In this document: piece after piece, positions 13,746-28,259 of the stretch | Layout of the letters: each line of letters opens with the position of its first letter | Position numbering within the stretch: the stretch's first letter is position 1 | From: Octopus sinensis | Taxonomy: Eukaryota | NCBI RefSeq assembly: GCF_006345805.1 | Contig: NC_043003.1 | Location: forward strand, 71,796,001-71,860,000 | Length of the DNA: 64,000 bases | Reading direction: 5' to 3' | The notes under the pieces: generated by a model | What the model saw: only the letters and a program-made list of their open reading frames with translations | Told to the model about the DNA's origin: nothing | The model's database searches: none | Position numbers and translations under genes: made by a program

Positions 13746-13809
13746 TTCTTCTTCTTCTTCTTCTTCTTCTTCTTCTTCTTCTTCTTCTTCTTCTTCTTCT
13801 TCTTCTTGT

Positions 13810-13853
<44 letters not shown>

Positions 13854-13910
13854 TTGTTATTATTATTATTATTATCATCATCATCATCATTATTATTATC
13901 ATTATTAATA

Positions 13911-13981
<71 letters not shown>
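13746..13981. repeat. Compound trinucleotide array (TTC)n-(TAC)n-(TTA/TCA)n-(TTA)n
   Basis: Directly visible. A similar compound array lies at 40688-40806. Confidence 0.95.
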
Positions 13982-13982
<1 letters not shown>

Positions 13983-14345
13983 GGCAGAATCGTTAGCTCG
14001 CTGGACGAAATGATTAGCGGTATTTCGTCCGTCGCTATGTTCTGAGTTCATATTCCGCCGATGTCGACTTTGCCATTCATCCTTTCGGGGTCGATAAAAT
14101 AAGTACCAGATGAACACTGGGGGTCGATGTAATCTACTTATCACCACCTCCCCCAAGCTACCCTTGTGGCAATAATTTGAAATAATGAAAATAATTACTA
14201 TTATTAAGGCGGCGAGCTGGCAGAATCGTTAGCTCGCTGCCTTTCATCCTTTCGTAGTCAATAAAATAAACATTAGTAAAACACTAGGTCAATATAATCG
14301 ACTAGTCACCTCCTCCAAGTTTCAGGCCATGTGCCTATAGTAGAA
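13982..14345 (+). mobile_element. Two tandem SINE family 1 copies between (TTA)n arrays
   Basis: Heads ggcagaatcgttagc at about 13983 and 14218, with the shared core motif. Confidence 0.75.
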
Positions 14346-14348
14346 AGG

Positions 14349-14474
<126 letters not shown>

Positions 14475-14481
14475 TCAGTAG

Positions 14482-14514
<33 letters not shown>

Positions 14515-15068
14515 GAGTGAGAGAGCAGTGCATGCCATCAAAGTGACACTGGGGTAAAATATACGAAGCCCAATATACCCATCATGACTACCCGTCTGAT
14601 AAAGGTACACCAGGCACATGCATCACAACCATATGTGCGCGACATGGTGATCTCATATCAAGATAAACAGCACATGACCTTGCAGGTGGGGCCCAGTTAG
14701 AATTTTCTTCAGGTTGAGTAGCCCATCCCGCTCAAAAGGTCCCTGAATAAGGGTTGTTTAAGGATGTTGAAAGAACCACCCATGTTTCCAGAGGTGAACT
14801 ATTCAAACCCCAAAGAATCCGTCTCAACACATGGCTATGATGCTCCCCCACTACTTCTGCTCATGATCAGAGATGCACATATCGTCAGCCACTAAGGGAC
14901 ATGCTCAACTGGTTATGGTCAAACAACTGACAAGCAAATCTGTGGTATTGAGCAGAATATTTGCTGTAGCCCATCTTTTATACCAAGACAAAACAATGTA
15001 CATGATAACACTTCCAATCAGTTAAGATCAGAAGCCATGAGAGCCACTGCCTGGTACTGCATCAGGGC

Positions 15069-15069
<1 letters not shown>
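14515..15069 (-). mobile_element. 555-bp non-coding interspersed element flanked by (AAT)n on both sides
   Basis: Homologous partial copies at about 15193-15485, 17005-17309 (opposite orientation), 49345-49690 and 50754-51142. The ...ctctctcactc end abuts AAT repeats in every copy that retains it. Confidence 0.8.
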
Positions 15070-15107
<38 letters not shown>

Positions 15108-15639
15108 TACTACTACTACTATTATTATTATTACTACTACTACTATTATTATTATTGTTATTGTTGTTGTTGTTGTTGTTGTTGTTATTATTGAGTGAGT
15201 GAGAGAGCAGTGCAAGTCATCAAAGTGACACTGGGTTACACATGACTACCCGTCTGATAAGGGTTCACGTCAAGATAAATAGCGCATGAACTTGCAGGTA
15301 GGACCCAGTTAGAATTTTCTTCAGGTCGAGTAGCCCATTCCGCTCAAAAGGTCCCTGATTAATGGTTGTTTAAGGATGTGGTATTGAACAGAATATTTGC
15401 TGTAGCCCATCTTTTATACCAAGATAAAACAATGTACATGATAACACTTTCAATCAGTTATGATCAGAAGACATTTCTGTTCATGATTAACACTGTGCTC
15501 TTATTTTTCCCCAAACTGCATCTTAATATCTTTGCTAAATACTCTTAGAGAATCTAGATCTTTTTCCCTTTTTTGTGAATAATTTAAGGTCATACATATA
15601 TAACAGGGAATTTATTTTCATCTTGGTTTTGGTTAACTC

Positions 15640-16140
15640 ATTAGCATACCTACATTCTCTCAGTATGCAATGGCGGAAGGTAATGGAGACAGCGAGTTTC
15701 CTTGGAATATCCCCCTGCCTATTTTCACGCTGTCTGACGATTCATTCGCGCATGTTAGTCCTATTTTCCACATTTTCATTGCTATTTATGAAAAAACTGT
15801 ATATCTTTTCATTGACTCCGAGTGTTCTCAAGCATTCCAAGAGCCAGTAGTATGGAACATTGTCTTATCCAACCAACAGCTAAATTCTTTCTTATTCGTA
15901 CCACATTTCGTACCATACTATCGATATACTGTAGATCAGGAATTCTTGACTTCTTTCTGAATCCCTTTTGCTCCACTGGTAAGATTCTCCATCTTTGAAA
16001 AATCATACTCTCCATTTGCCATATTGCCAGTTAATTATATCCAGATCTAAAATTACTGACTTCACTTCTCTTTGTTGTCATTCTTTATCAGCACTACCTT
16101 TTCTTTTGCTATCCATGTTGATGTTGCGCTTTGTTTTTCA
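15640..16140 (-). mobile_element. Degenerate R4/Dong RT fragment
   Basis: ILPVEQKGFRKKSR...IDSMV...RKNLAVGWI matches the R4/Dong RT motif LP.EQKG.R....DQLLID...KNL...WID. Confidence 0.7.
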
Positions 16141-16276
16141 ATCAGAAAGAAACAGCTGTAAGAACCCGCATAGTCAGAACATAAAACCTGGAATGAAAAC
16201 TGTAAGATGTTTTGTCTGATGCTTTAACAATTCTAAGAAAAATAACAATAAAATGATCTAAAATCTGGTTTCTCAC

Positions 16277-16436
16277 GTTTTGTTAATACCGAAAATGGCC
16301 GGCGAATAGTCTCTCTTTGGGAAAGCTACCTGTGGGATTGTGACGAATGTAATGATCAAAAGAGTGATACCAATGTTGAGAAAGAGGCTCCATCTCATGA
16401 ACATGAAGTATGATGCCACACCGCTGCCATGGTAAC
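16277..16436 (-). CDS. Tmc: TMC gene coding exon B (G-YHGSGVASYFMFMRWSLFLNIGITLLIITFVTIPQVAFPKRDYSPAIFGINK-T), includes TM1
   Basis: Polypyrimidine tract plus ctag acceptor, AC|gtgaga donor, 160 nt, phase 1 to 2. Carries the TMC signature G..GSGV.SYF.F.RW...LN followed by a hydrophobic helix ending in IPQ. An internal CAG|gtagct at 16329 is an alternative donor but is out of phase with exon C. Confidence 0.9.
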
Positions 16437-17546
16437 CTAGAACAGAAAACAAAAGCCTTCACTTAGAAGTAGAACTTAGAAAAGGACGAAAGGCAAAAAG
16501 ATGAAAAGGGTTGGAATATTTAGTAGTTGAGTAAAAGACAAATTACGAAGTGATGATGATGATAATAATAGTTGTATAAATGATGATTGTGGTAATGCTG
16601 CTTCTTATGAGGATGATATGATATGACAGTAATGAGGTTCCTTCATATGAGTAATACCATCACAATTTCTAACTTCGTTAGAATGTCACACATTTTGAGA
16701 GAAGTTTATCATTAATGTAAAGAACCAGATATAGAACTGGTTTATTGATTGGTGAGACCAATAGCAATGTCGACTTCGGCAAAAAATGAACTAAGAACGT
16801 AAAAGGACGTTACCAAATATCGTCGTCGTTGTTGTTGGTTTATACCAACAACGACGACGACGAAAACGATGACGATGACGATGATGGTGATAATGATGAT
16901 GATGATGATGATGATCGAATAACTTTAGTAGGTCGCGCAAAATGTTAGCGCAAAAAGAACGCAAGCGGCGACATGATAAGGTTTATCTCAACTTACACTA
17001 GTAACTTAGGGGATTGAATAAGCTACATTTGGAAACATGGGTATTTCGCTCATCATCCTTAAACAAAACTTATTCATGGACCATTTGTGCGGGATGGGCT
17101 ACTCAACCTAAAGAAGATTCTAACTGGGCCCCACCTTCAAGGTCATGTACTGTTTATCTTAATATAAAATCACAATATCGTGCACATATCATGGTTGTGA
17201 TGCATGTACCTTATATGCCCTTGTCAGCCGGGTAGTTATGATGGGTATATTGGGCTTCGTATATTTGAACCCCAGTGTCACTTTGATGACATGAACTGCT
17301 CTCTCACTCAATAGTAATAATAATAATCCTTCCTACTATAGGCAAGGGAGCAAGTCGATTACATACAACCCAGTGTTTCACTGGTACTTATTTAATCGCT
17401 CCCGAAAGGATGAAAGGTAATGTCGACCGCGGTGGAATTTGAACTCACAACGTAAAGACGGACGGAATGCCGCTAAGCATTTTTCCCAGCGCGCTAACGA
17501 TCCTGCCAGCTCGATCGTCTTATATAAGGATGATAATAATAATAAT

Positions 17547-17582
<36 letters not shown>

Positions 17583-17699
17583 AATAATAATAACAATAAT
17601 AATAATCGGCAAGTGACTACATCAAATATGCAGATTGAAAATAAACAATAACAACAACAAATAAAACAGGAAGAAACAAATACCGCGGAATAAATTAGG

Positions 17700-18410
17700 G
17701 TTCTGGCATTCAGCATTTATGCATGAAAGAGAAGATCAAGAAGGAATGTTACAGGAGAGTTCGAGCAGTCCTAAAATCACAGTTAAAAGGCCCGTAGCAA
17801 GATGTTAGCCATAAATTCTTTAGCAGTTCCAATTGTTATTTATAGTTTCAATGTGTTGAACTGGAATATTAGCAAAATAAGGAAAATTGACTGGAAAATA
17901 CGTAAGCTGCTGACTTACAATAAGATGCACCACCCAAAAGCAGATGCAGATCGTCTTTACCTTCTCAGAGCTCAAGGAGTTCGAGACTTGATCCAGTTTG
18001 AGATCTCTTACAAAACCTTAAGAGTGACGAAGAAGAGTGCTTAATATTCGACGTGGAAGTGCCAGGAGATCAACACATCATCATGAAAGACAAAAAGTTG
18101 ATAAATATGGAGACCTGAGAATTGAGATCGCTAAGATGTGGCTGCTACTAGAGTTGAACATAAAGATTATTCCTATTGTCATCGGAGCATTGGGTTCAAT
18201 ACCACCCAATCTGAAAAAAACTCCGAAAACCTTAGAGATACCCTACAATCTAGATTGTATTGCAAAAGTCGGCATTACTTGGAACTGCACACATATTGCG
18301 TAAAGTACTGCCTGTCTGAGGTCATTGTGACTTGACAGACAGTACAAACCCCCGGTAGACATATATCTTCAATCAACAATCTCACGATTTTGTATACTGT
18401 GCGACGTCTA
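17700..18410 (+). mobile_element. Two abutting R4/Dong LINE fragments (RT thumb region, then REL endonuclease and 3' end)
   Basis: MLAINSLAVPIVIYSFNVLNWN...MHHPKADADRLYL is near-identical to the 18782 ORF. It is followed by KVDKYGDLRIEIAKMW...IPIVIGALG. Confidence 0.8.
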
Positions 18411-18444
18411 TAGTAATAATAATAATGATAATAATAATAATAAT

Positions 18445-20552
18445 TCAACTGCTAATCAATCGTATGATCCTTGAGAACTATCACAACAAGCGCAGAAATC
18501 TCAGCACCGCATGGATTGACTACAAAAAGGCCTTCGACAGTATACCGCATCCATGGATCTTGAGATCGCTGGACATCTTCAAAATTTCCCTGTGATTTCA
18601 AACTTCCTGAAGCACAATATGTCGTTGTGGAATACGAATCTCCAATTATACCACTCTAATGGAGTACTTGCCTCAGAAAATATAAACATCAACTGTGGAA
18701 TTTTTCAAGGTGACTCACTTTCACCTTTAATATTCTGCATAGCCCTAATACCCCTTACAAGTGAATTAAACAGAACAGGGTATGGGTATAAAAATTGCCA
18801 ATAAAAAAATAAGCCATCTATTTTATATGGATGACTTAAAACTTTATGGTAAAGACAATAATGAACTTGAAGGCCTATTGCACACCGTGAAAGCATTCAG
18901 CGATGACATCGGGATGGAATTTGGACTTGAGAAGTGTGCCAAGGCCACTTTCCAGAAAGGGAAAGTGAAGACCACAAATTCAGTCGTGTTAGATGTTGAC
19001 ACAGTCATAAGAGAGCTTGAGCAAGAACAAACATACAAATATTTAGGGATAAATGAAGGCTCTGGTATTCAGCATGCAAGCATGAAAAAGAAAATCAGGA
19101 AGGAATGTTATAGGAGAGTTCGTGCAGTCCTGAAATCTGAACTAAATGCACGTAACAAGGTGTTAGCTATAAATTCCTTAGCAGTTCCAGTTGTTACTTA
19201 TAGCTACAATGTGTTGAACTGGAATATGAGTGAAGTAAAGAATATAGATAGAAAAATACGCAAGCTGCTGAGTTGTAATAGGATGCACCACCCAAAGGCA
19301 GACGTAGATCGCCTTTACCTTCCCAGAGCCCAAGGAGGTCGAGGCCTGATCCAATTTGAACTAGCTTACAAAACAAGCACAATTGGACTGGCCAAATATC
19401 TCGAAATATCGAATGACTGGATGCTAAAGCTCGTGGAAAATCACGAGAGACGAAAGAAGCTTCATTCTATCATAAAGGAAAGCAAAAAATTTGCTATTGA
19501 TCTCGTGCAGGATACCCAAACTGAACAACCCGAGGGAAGTACGGCAACTATTGTTGCAAAGAAGGTGAAAATGATGGCAATGAAGAAAGCACACGAGCAA
19601 TTGGCTGATAGGTGGGAGGAGAAACCTCTGCACGGCAAATATGTGACCCGCAGCAAACAAGCTGATGTTGACCAGAAGCAAACCCATCAGTGGCTACGGA
19701 GCTCAGGGCTAAAAGCAGAGAGCGAAGGTTTCATCCTGGCTGCTCAAGATGAAAGCCTATTAACCCGGAACTACCAGGCCAATGTGATGAAAAATGGAGC
19801 AGACCCAAAATGCCGATTCTGCAACGACATGATTGAAACAGTGGACCACCTAATCTCTGGATGTAAAGTCTTAGCACCAGTGGAGTATAAATTAAGACAT
19901 GACAGAGTTGGCCAATATCTCCACTGGCTAATAAGTCGGCATTACAATATCAAAACTGCCGACAAGTGGTATAATCACCACCCTGAGGCTGTAACTGAAG
20001 GAGAAAATGTAACCATTCTGTGGGACTTTCCAGTACATACAGACCGATACATCAAGGCCAATAAACCAGATATTGTTGTGAAAGACCAAAACAATAAAGT
20101 TTGCTTATTGATCGACATGAGCATCCCCTGTGATCATAATATCCCAGCGAAAGAGTTTGACAAGCTCAGAAAGTATAAAGACCTACTCATTGAAATTGAG
20201 AAAATGTGGCATCTCAAGGCGGTTACAATACCAGTGATCGTAGGAGCACTAGGAATGATCAAGAAGGGAACCGAAAATTATATGAGAATGATCCCTGGCT
20301 TACCATCCCTGCAAGAAGTGCAAAAAATTGTCTTAACTGGTACATCACACGTATTGAGAAGAGCATTGTCGATGTGAGAACTGTTGCTGCTCATGTATTT
20401 TAATTTAACTTTAAAAAAAAAAAAAAAAAAAATGAACGAACTACTGAGTTTGGTTTAATGGCCTACCAATGTATGCTATGAGTTTCTTTGCCCTAGGAAT
20501 CGGGAAGACACTCGGCAAGAAATGGAAGCAAATTTGAAAGAAGAAAAAAAAA

Positions 20553-20553
<1 letters not shown>
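18445..20553 (+). mobile_element. 5'-truncated R4/Dong-clade non-LTR retrotransposon (RT, CCHC zinc finger, restriction-like endonuclease) inserted in (AAT)n
   Basis: GIFQGDSLSPL and YMDDLKLY RT motifs (one frameshift near 18790), CRFC...H...C, RHD, and KPDIVVKD...LLIDMSIP...K..KY REL. ORF 18782-20377 is open. The 3' UTR has an internal A20, and AAT repeats lie on both flanks. Confidence 0.95.
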
Positions 20554-20635
<82 letters not shown>

Positions 20636-20636
20636 G

Positions 20637-20676
<40 letters not shown>

Positions 20677-21319
20677 CGATGATGAATATGATGAATATGA
20701 TGATGATGATGATGATATGGAGGAAATGTCTATGAAACAACGACTAATAATACTAAAGACCACCACTCCAAAATGGTCACGAAACCCTTCGAACTATCAA
20801 GAATGGCAAGGAAAGAAAGATTAACTTAATAGAAATCAAGTAGCTTTTTTTTTTATGCGACCGTTTCAGCCATCGCAAATATAGTGGAAGAAAGAGATAG
20901 ACCAAGATAACAACAGAAAACAGAGAAAGAAACAATTAACTTAGAAGTAGAAAATCAAGATCAGGAAATTACAAGCTCAACAGCAAACAAAAAATAATAT
21001 ACCAACGGTTTAGGAGACATGAAGTAATGGATTCAGGGCAAGGCACAGGAACTCAGTATTTTGAGTTCTAACTTGAGTTGAACAAGAAGAAAATAACCAT
21101 CAATGAATAGTGATGTCAAAGAAGTGGCGGTACCGAGAAGCGAAATTTAGGAGAAGATAAAAGAAACGCGAGAGATCCTGATAGAATACTACAAGAGGAT
21201 GCGAAGGGTAGGTAATAAATAAGCGAACAGAATGCTGATAGTCTTAAAGCTATTAACACTCTAAATACTCGCTTTGGTTCCATGGTTTCCAATTATTTCA
21301 CTAATGTAAGGGTGACAAA

Positions 21320-21712
21320 TAATCTTTTGTACAAGGCCCGAAATTTTGGGGGAGGGGGCCTGTCAATTAGATTGATTCCAGTACGCAACTGGTACTTAAT
21401 TTATCGACCCCGAAAGGATGAAAGGCAAAGTCGACCTGGGCGGAATTTGAACTCAGAACGTAAAGGCAGATGAAATACCTATTTCTTTATTACCCACAAG
21501 GGGCTAAACATAGAGGGGGACAAACAAGGACAGACATAGGTATTAAGTCGATTATATCGACTCCAGTGCGTAACTGGTACTTAATTTATCGACCCCGAAA
21601 GGATGAAAGGCAAAGTTGACCTCGGTGGAATTTGAACTCAGAACGTAGCGGCAGACGAAATACGGCTACGCATTTCGCCCGGCGTGCTAACGTTTCTGCC
21701 AGCTCGCCGCCT
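21320..21712 (-). mobile_element. SINE family 1, composite of two copies
   Basis: The core motif occurs twice (about 21390-21470 and 21575-21712), and the head is at 21712. Confidence 0.85.
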
Positions 21713-22086
21713 TAAAGGTGACAAATAGTATAACATGCATGAGGACATGGGAAAGAGCATTTATATAGAACATGTATAATGATTGCTTCACAGTCATCTT
21801 GTCATAATGCTTGTGAACAATAAATACAGTTACAGAGTGAATGAGTTTACTTATATAAGAATATGTCGATGACCTGATAGGAGGTGATTAATTGATTCAG
21901 GAAGGAGGAGTTCATTTTAGAAGTGTCAATGAGGAAGGAATGAGAAAAAAAACAGATCGACAGTTTAATTGTATTTCTTAACGATATCATTTTACACGTT
22001 CCATTCATTGACAAGTTCATGAACCCGAACATTTATTTCGTACCCCTTCCCATTTACGACACACACGCACACACACACACACACAC

Positions 22087-22145
<59 letters not shown>

Positions 22146-23111
22146 TTTTTGAGTTTGATTTGTCAGACTTCTCATCTGACATCCTATATTGAAACCTATA
22201 TTGTTTTCTTTTGGAAGAGTAATATGAACATATTCACAGGTTATTGTTTCCTGTTTCGGATACATTTTTTTCACGAAATTTTTAACCTGTCAGTATGTCT
22301 GGGCATGCATTTGTAACCTCATCCTTAATGCTCTCTCCCTCTCTCTCTCTTCTCTCTGTTCTCTCTCTCTCTCTCTTTCTGTGGTAGCGTGCGTGTGTTC
22401 TACACGGTGAGCGTCTATGCAACACACTTACTAATCACTCAAAATATGTAAGAAATACGCAAGAGCACCCCCCCACACACGAATAGGAGTGGCTATGTGG
22501 TAAGAAGCTTACTTCCCAACCACATGGGCCAGAGTTCAGTCCCACTACGCGGCATCTTGGGCAAGTGTCCTCTACTATAACCTTGGCCCGACCAAAGCTT
22601 TGTGAGTGGATTCGGTAGGCGGAACTGGAAGAAATGCGGCGTATATATACATATATAGAGGATCTAGTTTTTCTCATTCCAAAATATGCATTTTTTAAAA
22701 GACAGTAAAAAATACGAAGATCAGCTATAATTATAAAGTTTTCCAGTCTAATTGCTATGAAGGCATGATGTTGTGGAGAAAAAAGTGGAGAAAAAGTTAC
22801 AGAGGTTTAAAAATCAAAAAATTGTGTAGTTTTAGCTAATAGCTAGACAAATTTTCTGCGTTTAGCGGAGCAGTGTCAACTTTAAGGTTGTACCCTGTGA
22901 AATTTATAGTTTAGCGTCTGTGAAATGTCCTCGTCATTACAGGTTTCTAAATAAATAGAAATACCTAATAAAATCAACATGTATCATCTTACTGTTTCTT
23001 TTGTCTCTTCATTGATTGTATGGTTTTATTACTTTTTAAAAACTTGCTACATTTATATATTTGTCTGCATGTGTTTACTTCATGCGTATTTCAGTATTAT
23101 GTATAGTTGTA

Positions 23112-23147
<36 letters not shown>

Positions 23148-24225
23148 TGTGCATGTGTGCATCTGTTTGTCCCCTACCACCGCTTGACAGCCGGTGCTGG
23201 TGTGTTTATGCCCAATAAGTTAGCGGTTCAGCAAAAGACATCGGTAGAATAAGTACCAGGGTTGAAAAAGAAGTACTGGGTTCGATACGTTCGACTTCAA
23301 AATTTTCAAGGCGGTATCGCAGTATGTCCACAGTCTAATGACTGAAACAAATAAAAGATGAAAGATACAGCTAAGATCCAAAGGAAACACGCATACGTAC
23401 ATACGCGTGCACTAGCAAAGACAATTTAACGGCTATAAGTATTAAAAATAAAACATCATTGTTTGTAGCCTTGAAAAACCCGGAGCTGGCGGGGACAAAG
23501 CACCAATAAAGTTGCATATAGCAACAAAAGGAGCTCGCCAACTAAGCACTTAATTAAGCGGTAAATTAATTTTACCGGTTGAAAGATAGAACGTGCATTA
23601 TTATTGATTCATTCCTCCCTCTCAGTCAGCAACATTTGTTTCAACAGGCAATTTCACAGCAAGGATCCTGCAAAAAATCGATACGTGTGTGTTTGTGTGT
23701 TTGTGTATGTGTGTATGTGTGCGCGTGCATGCATGGATAGGGGTGTGTTTGTGTCTGCCTGTCTTAACATCACGTGTTAGTCGTAAATAAATGTAACTGT
23801 TATGTAAGCGGTGTTGTTCATATCCGATCGCCCGCGAAAACTGGCCATTACCTTTCATAGACACAAGTGAGGTTGGCGTCAGGAAAGGTATCCCGCCGTA
23901 GAGGATCTGTCTCAAGGAATTTTGTCTGACCCATGCAAAAGTATTTCTTTCCTATATTTGTGATGATTTTGATATATATTTATATATGCATACATACACA
24001 CACATTCAGGTACATATGATAGTAGATATTCTTATGAATTAGAATTTTTACGTTCAAATAAATAAAAATGTTTGTCGAGACGAACTTAACTATTTCTTTC
24101 CTATATTTCCCACTTAGCTGACATTGTTATAACGAAATGTTAAAATTATAGCAAATACTTTATGTGCAAGTACTTTTCATCTCTGTGTGTGTGCGCACGT
24201 GCGCGCACGTGCGCGCTTGTATGTG

Positions 24226-24256
<31 letters not shown>

Positions 24257-24692
24257 ATTGTTTAAAAATTGTAAATATTTAAATCAAGAAAGCTTAAGTA
24301 AAAAAATCAGCCTAGGCTAAGGTGGTGAGATGGTAGAAACGTTAGCACGTCGAGTTAAAAGTTTAGCTGCGTTTATTTTATTTTTTTTTCAGGTTCTTTA
24401 CTTTCTGAGCTCAAATTCCACTGAGGTCGACTTAGCCTTTCATTCTTTCGAAATCGATTAGATAAGGTGCCAGTTGGGCTCTGGGGTTGATGTAATCGAC
24501 TTTCCAATCCCCTGAAAATTGCTAGTCTTGTGTCTAATTTAGAGAGAATTATCCCTTTTGTTAACACTATTATTACTATAAGTTACACGTGAACATCAAG
24601 AACAACATGCACAAACACTGGGACTTTCTATTATTTATACTGACGCTGTCAGATAAATGCCAACCCATGATATAGACTGCTATATTTATTAC

Positions 24693-24774
24693 CTTCCACA
24701 GCTTTAATAGACGCTCTCCAAGGTTCCAGTTTATAGGAAATTTCGCGCAGTTCTCGTTTGAATTTGTTCCATTT
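24693..24774 (-). CDS. Tmc: TMC (transmembrane channel-like) gene, coding exon A ([28 protein letters not shown])
   Basis: tttcag acceptor and G|gtaata donor bound an 82-nt exon, phase 0 to 1. The peptide matches the TMC motif W..F.R......PW...IK.(I/V)EG that precedes TM1 and splices in frame to exon B. Paralogue not determinable by eye. Confidence 0.85.
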
Positions 24775-24831
24775 CTGAAATGAATTAAAATGGCTATATA
24801 TTAGGACATATATGTATTGGGATATATATAC

Positions 24832-25387
<556 letters not shown>

Positions 25388-25404
25388 ATATATATGTATA
25401 TATA

Positions 25405-25633
25405 AGGCGGCGAGCTGGCAGAAACGTTAGCACGCCGGGCGAAATGCGCAGCCGTATTTCGTCTGTCGTTACGTTCTGGGTTCAAATTCCACCGAGGTCG
25501 ACTTTGCCTTTCATCCTTTCGGGGTCGATAAATTAAGTACCAGTTACGCACTGGGGTCGATGTAAACGACTTGATCCCTTTGTCTGTCCGTGTTTGTCCC
25601 CTCTATGTTTAGCCCCTTGTGGGCAATAAAGAA
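25405..25633 (+). mobile_element. SINE family 1, full length
   Basis: Matches 4475-4703 end to end. Confidence 0.9.
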
Positions 25634-25918
25634 ATATATATGTATATATATGTACAGCGAGAGAGAGAGAGAGAGAGCGACAGAGACAGAGACAGAGACA
25701 GAGAAACCACACGAGTAAAACAAGTAAAGATAAACAAAGAGGCACAAATAAAACAGATGGTCGGAAAAGCAGAGAAATACGAAACAAAACGGTCAAAAGC
25801 ATAGAATGTGTACAGTGAAAACGAATATGCCAAACGAGAAGGAATAGAAGAGATTCTAACAGTTCAGTCAAACCAAAGAGAATTAAAATAAGAGGATAGG
25901 AAGAAAAACATGCGTGAA

Positions 25919-26024
<106 letters not shown>

Positions 26025-26277
26025 TGATTATGCGTGAATGTACCATATAAGTTGTGGAGAATGAACGTAACAAAGCAATCTAGATTGCATTAAAACTTTT
26101 TCATAAACAATTTTCGGATGTTTTCCTTTGTAATCCCATAATCCGACCGTCTTTAGTACATACTTCTAGCATTTGCAAATGGACACGGCAAAACATACGC
26201 AGTGAGAACTACAACCTTTTATACTCAAACGGGATATTATTGAATGTGTGTGTGCGTGTGCGTGTGTGCATGTGTGC

Positions 26278-26336
<59 letters not shown>

Positions 26337-28206
26337 TTTACTTATACACGAATGTATAATTGCATAATCATATATATGTACATACACAGTGCACAAATCA
26401 AAATACGCTGTGCAGTGCATTAAAAACTAAAATCCCCATATTGTCAGCGAATGCACTGTTATTCATAATAGACAGACTTATTTAGCTATTGAGTTTCTAT
26501 ACTCAATACATATCCATAAACTAATAATCTCTGATAGAATATAGTTACACCTTCTCTGATGAAGGTATAAGGAGACTAGAAACGAGTTAAATACGCCCAA
26601 TTTTTTCTGCTAACGGAGACATAACAGCTGTAGTGTAGCCATGCTGATTGCAAAAGTGAGGTTCAGTTGCATGTTTATTGAAACATATATATACTTGACG
26701 CTTGGAGAATACAATACATAAGAGAGGGAATATGTGGATGTGGAGAGGAATCAGCACAGATAATAAACAAATAAAGAATAAAAGAACGTAAGGCAAAGAT
26801 ACCAGAACACCCTCTCTCTCTCTTTCTCTCACTCTCTCTCTTTCTCTCTCTCTCTCTTTCTCTTTCTCTCTCTCTTTCTCTCCCTTTTTTCTCTTCCCAA
26901 CCCTTCTGTCTCCCCACTGCGTTCAGCGTGTCCATTTTATGTCTTTCTTCTTTAAAAACTTAAATCAATACCATAGACATTATTTAATCTCAAATAAAGA
27001 AGACACCTGTTACACTTTCTTGTAAATATATAAAAATCATAGTTTGTGGGAGTGTATATGTGTGCGTGTATGTGCGTGCGTGTGCGTATGTGTGTGTGTA
27101 TGTGTCTATTTACATATACCTACATACATACATACATACATACATACATACATACATAAATACATACATATAAATATATACACACACAGTGAATATGCGT
27201 GTGTATATTTGGAACATTCTCGTAAATGATGTTTCTAAGTTTTAAAGTTTAACATACAAGAGAGAAAAATAAAAGGAATGAGTTGAATTTACTGTCAGAT
27301 TCCAACACTGCCTTTCACTAACTCCCACGTTAGTACCCCCTGCAACAAGACTCTGGCATTTAAAGGTTCTCAATTGAATAACTCCCTACTAAAAAGATTA
27401 TAAAATGGGACCAAAGTTAACTTAGAGTCCTTTGAAAGTTCTTTACATGTATCATATACTAAATCAGCCTTCCACAGAAAGCTATGACTTAAAGGGCTCA
27501 ACGTCCACTAATTCGTTGAGTCAATAACTAATGATGCCATGTATACACTAACTAGAGATGACATGATATACTTAATCAAAACATTGGATACCTAAATATA
27601 TATATATAGTGATGACGCAAACAAACAAACAAACAAAAGAACGAACGAACGAACGAACGAACAACAAACCAACAAACAAACATTTAACTGTGAAGATGTT
27701 GCTATAGTTTGATGGTTAAAACGAACTATTGATATTTTATCGACAGGGAAAAGTAGGGCATATGAATCTTCATTTTTTTCAGAGCCTCCGAGGCTAGTGA
27801 GAAGTGGGAGAAAGTTATCCTGAAGCATGCAACAAAGTGAACCCTGCGCTAATGACGCGTTTAAAGTAGGAGGTGGGGGTAAATCGGGAAAGGGATTATG
27901 CATAGCGTCCAGATATTAACGCAAAAAGCAGAACAAAAGAGACCGGGAGAAAATGCTGCTCAATGATTCCACCAGACGGCTCCATTCCACAGGTACATCG
28001 TCTCATCAACCCCCCGAAAGAACAAGGCAAAGTTGACCATGGTGGGATTTGAGCCCAAAACACAGGGAACCGCAACTTTGTCAATTCAGTGCACGGAAAC
28101 ATGCAAGCTCTCTCTCTCTCACTCCCTCTCCCTCTTTCTCTCCCTCCCTCTCCTCTATATATATATCTCTCATGCACACACGCACAGGAACACGCACGCA
28201 CACGCA

Positions 28207-28259
<53 letters not shown>

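Noticed and set aside
15020-15069. HDV-like ribozyme at the 5' end of the AAT-flanked element, as in R2/R4 elements
   Set aside because: I could not build the P1/P2/P3/P1.1 nested pseudoknot by eye. Only a simple hairpin is evident.
15670-15960. 96-aa plus-strand ORF (MAEGNGDSEF...) as a small gene
   Set aside because: It is the antisense of a decayed Dong RT fragment.
26550-26600. CTGATGA...GAAAC hammerhead candidate
   Set aside because: No convincing stem I or stem II pairing.
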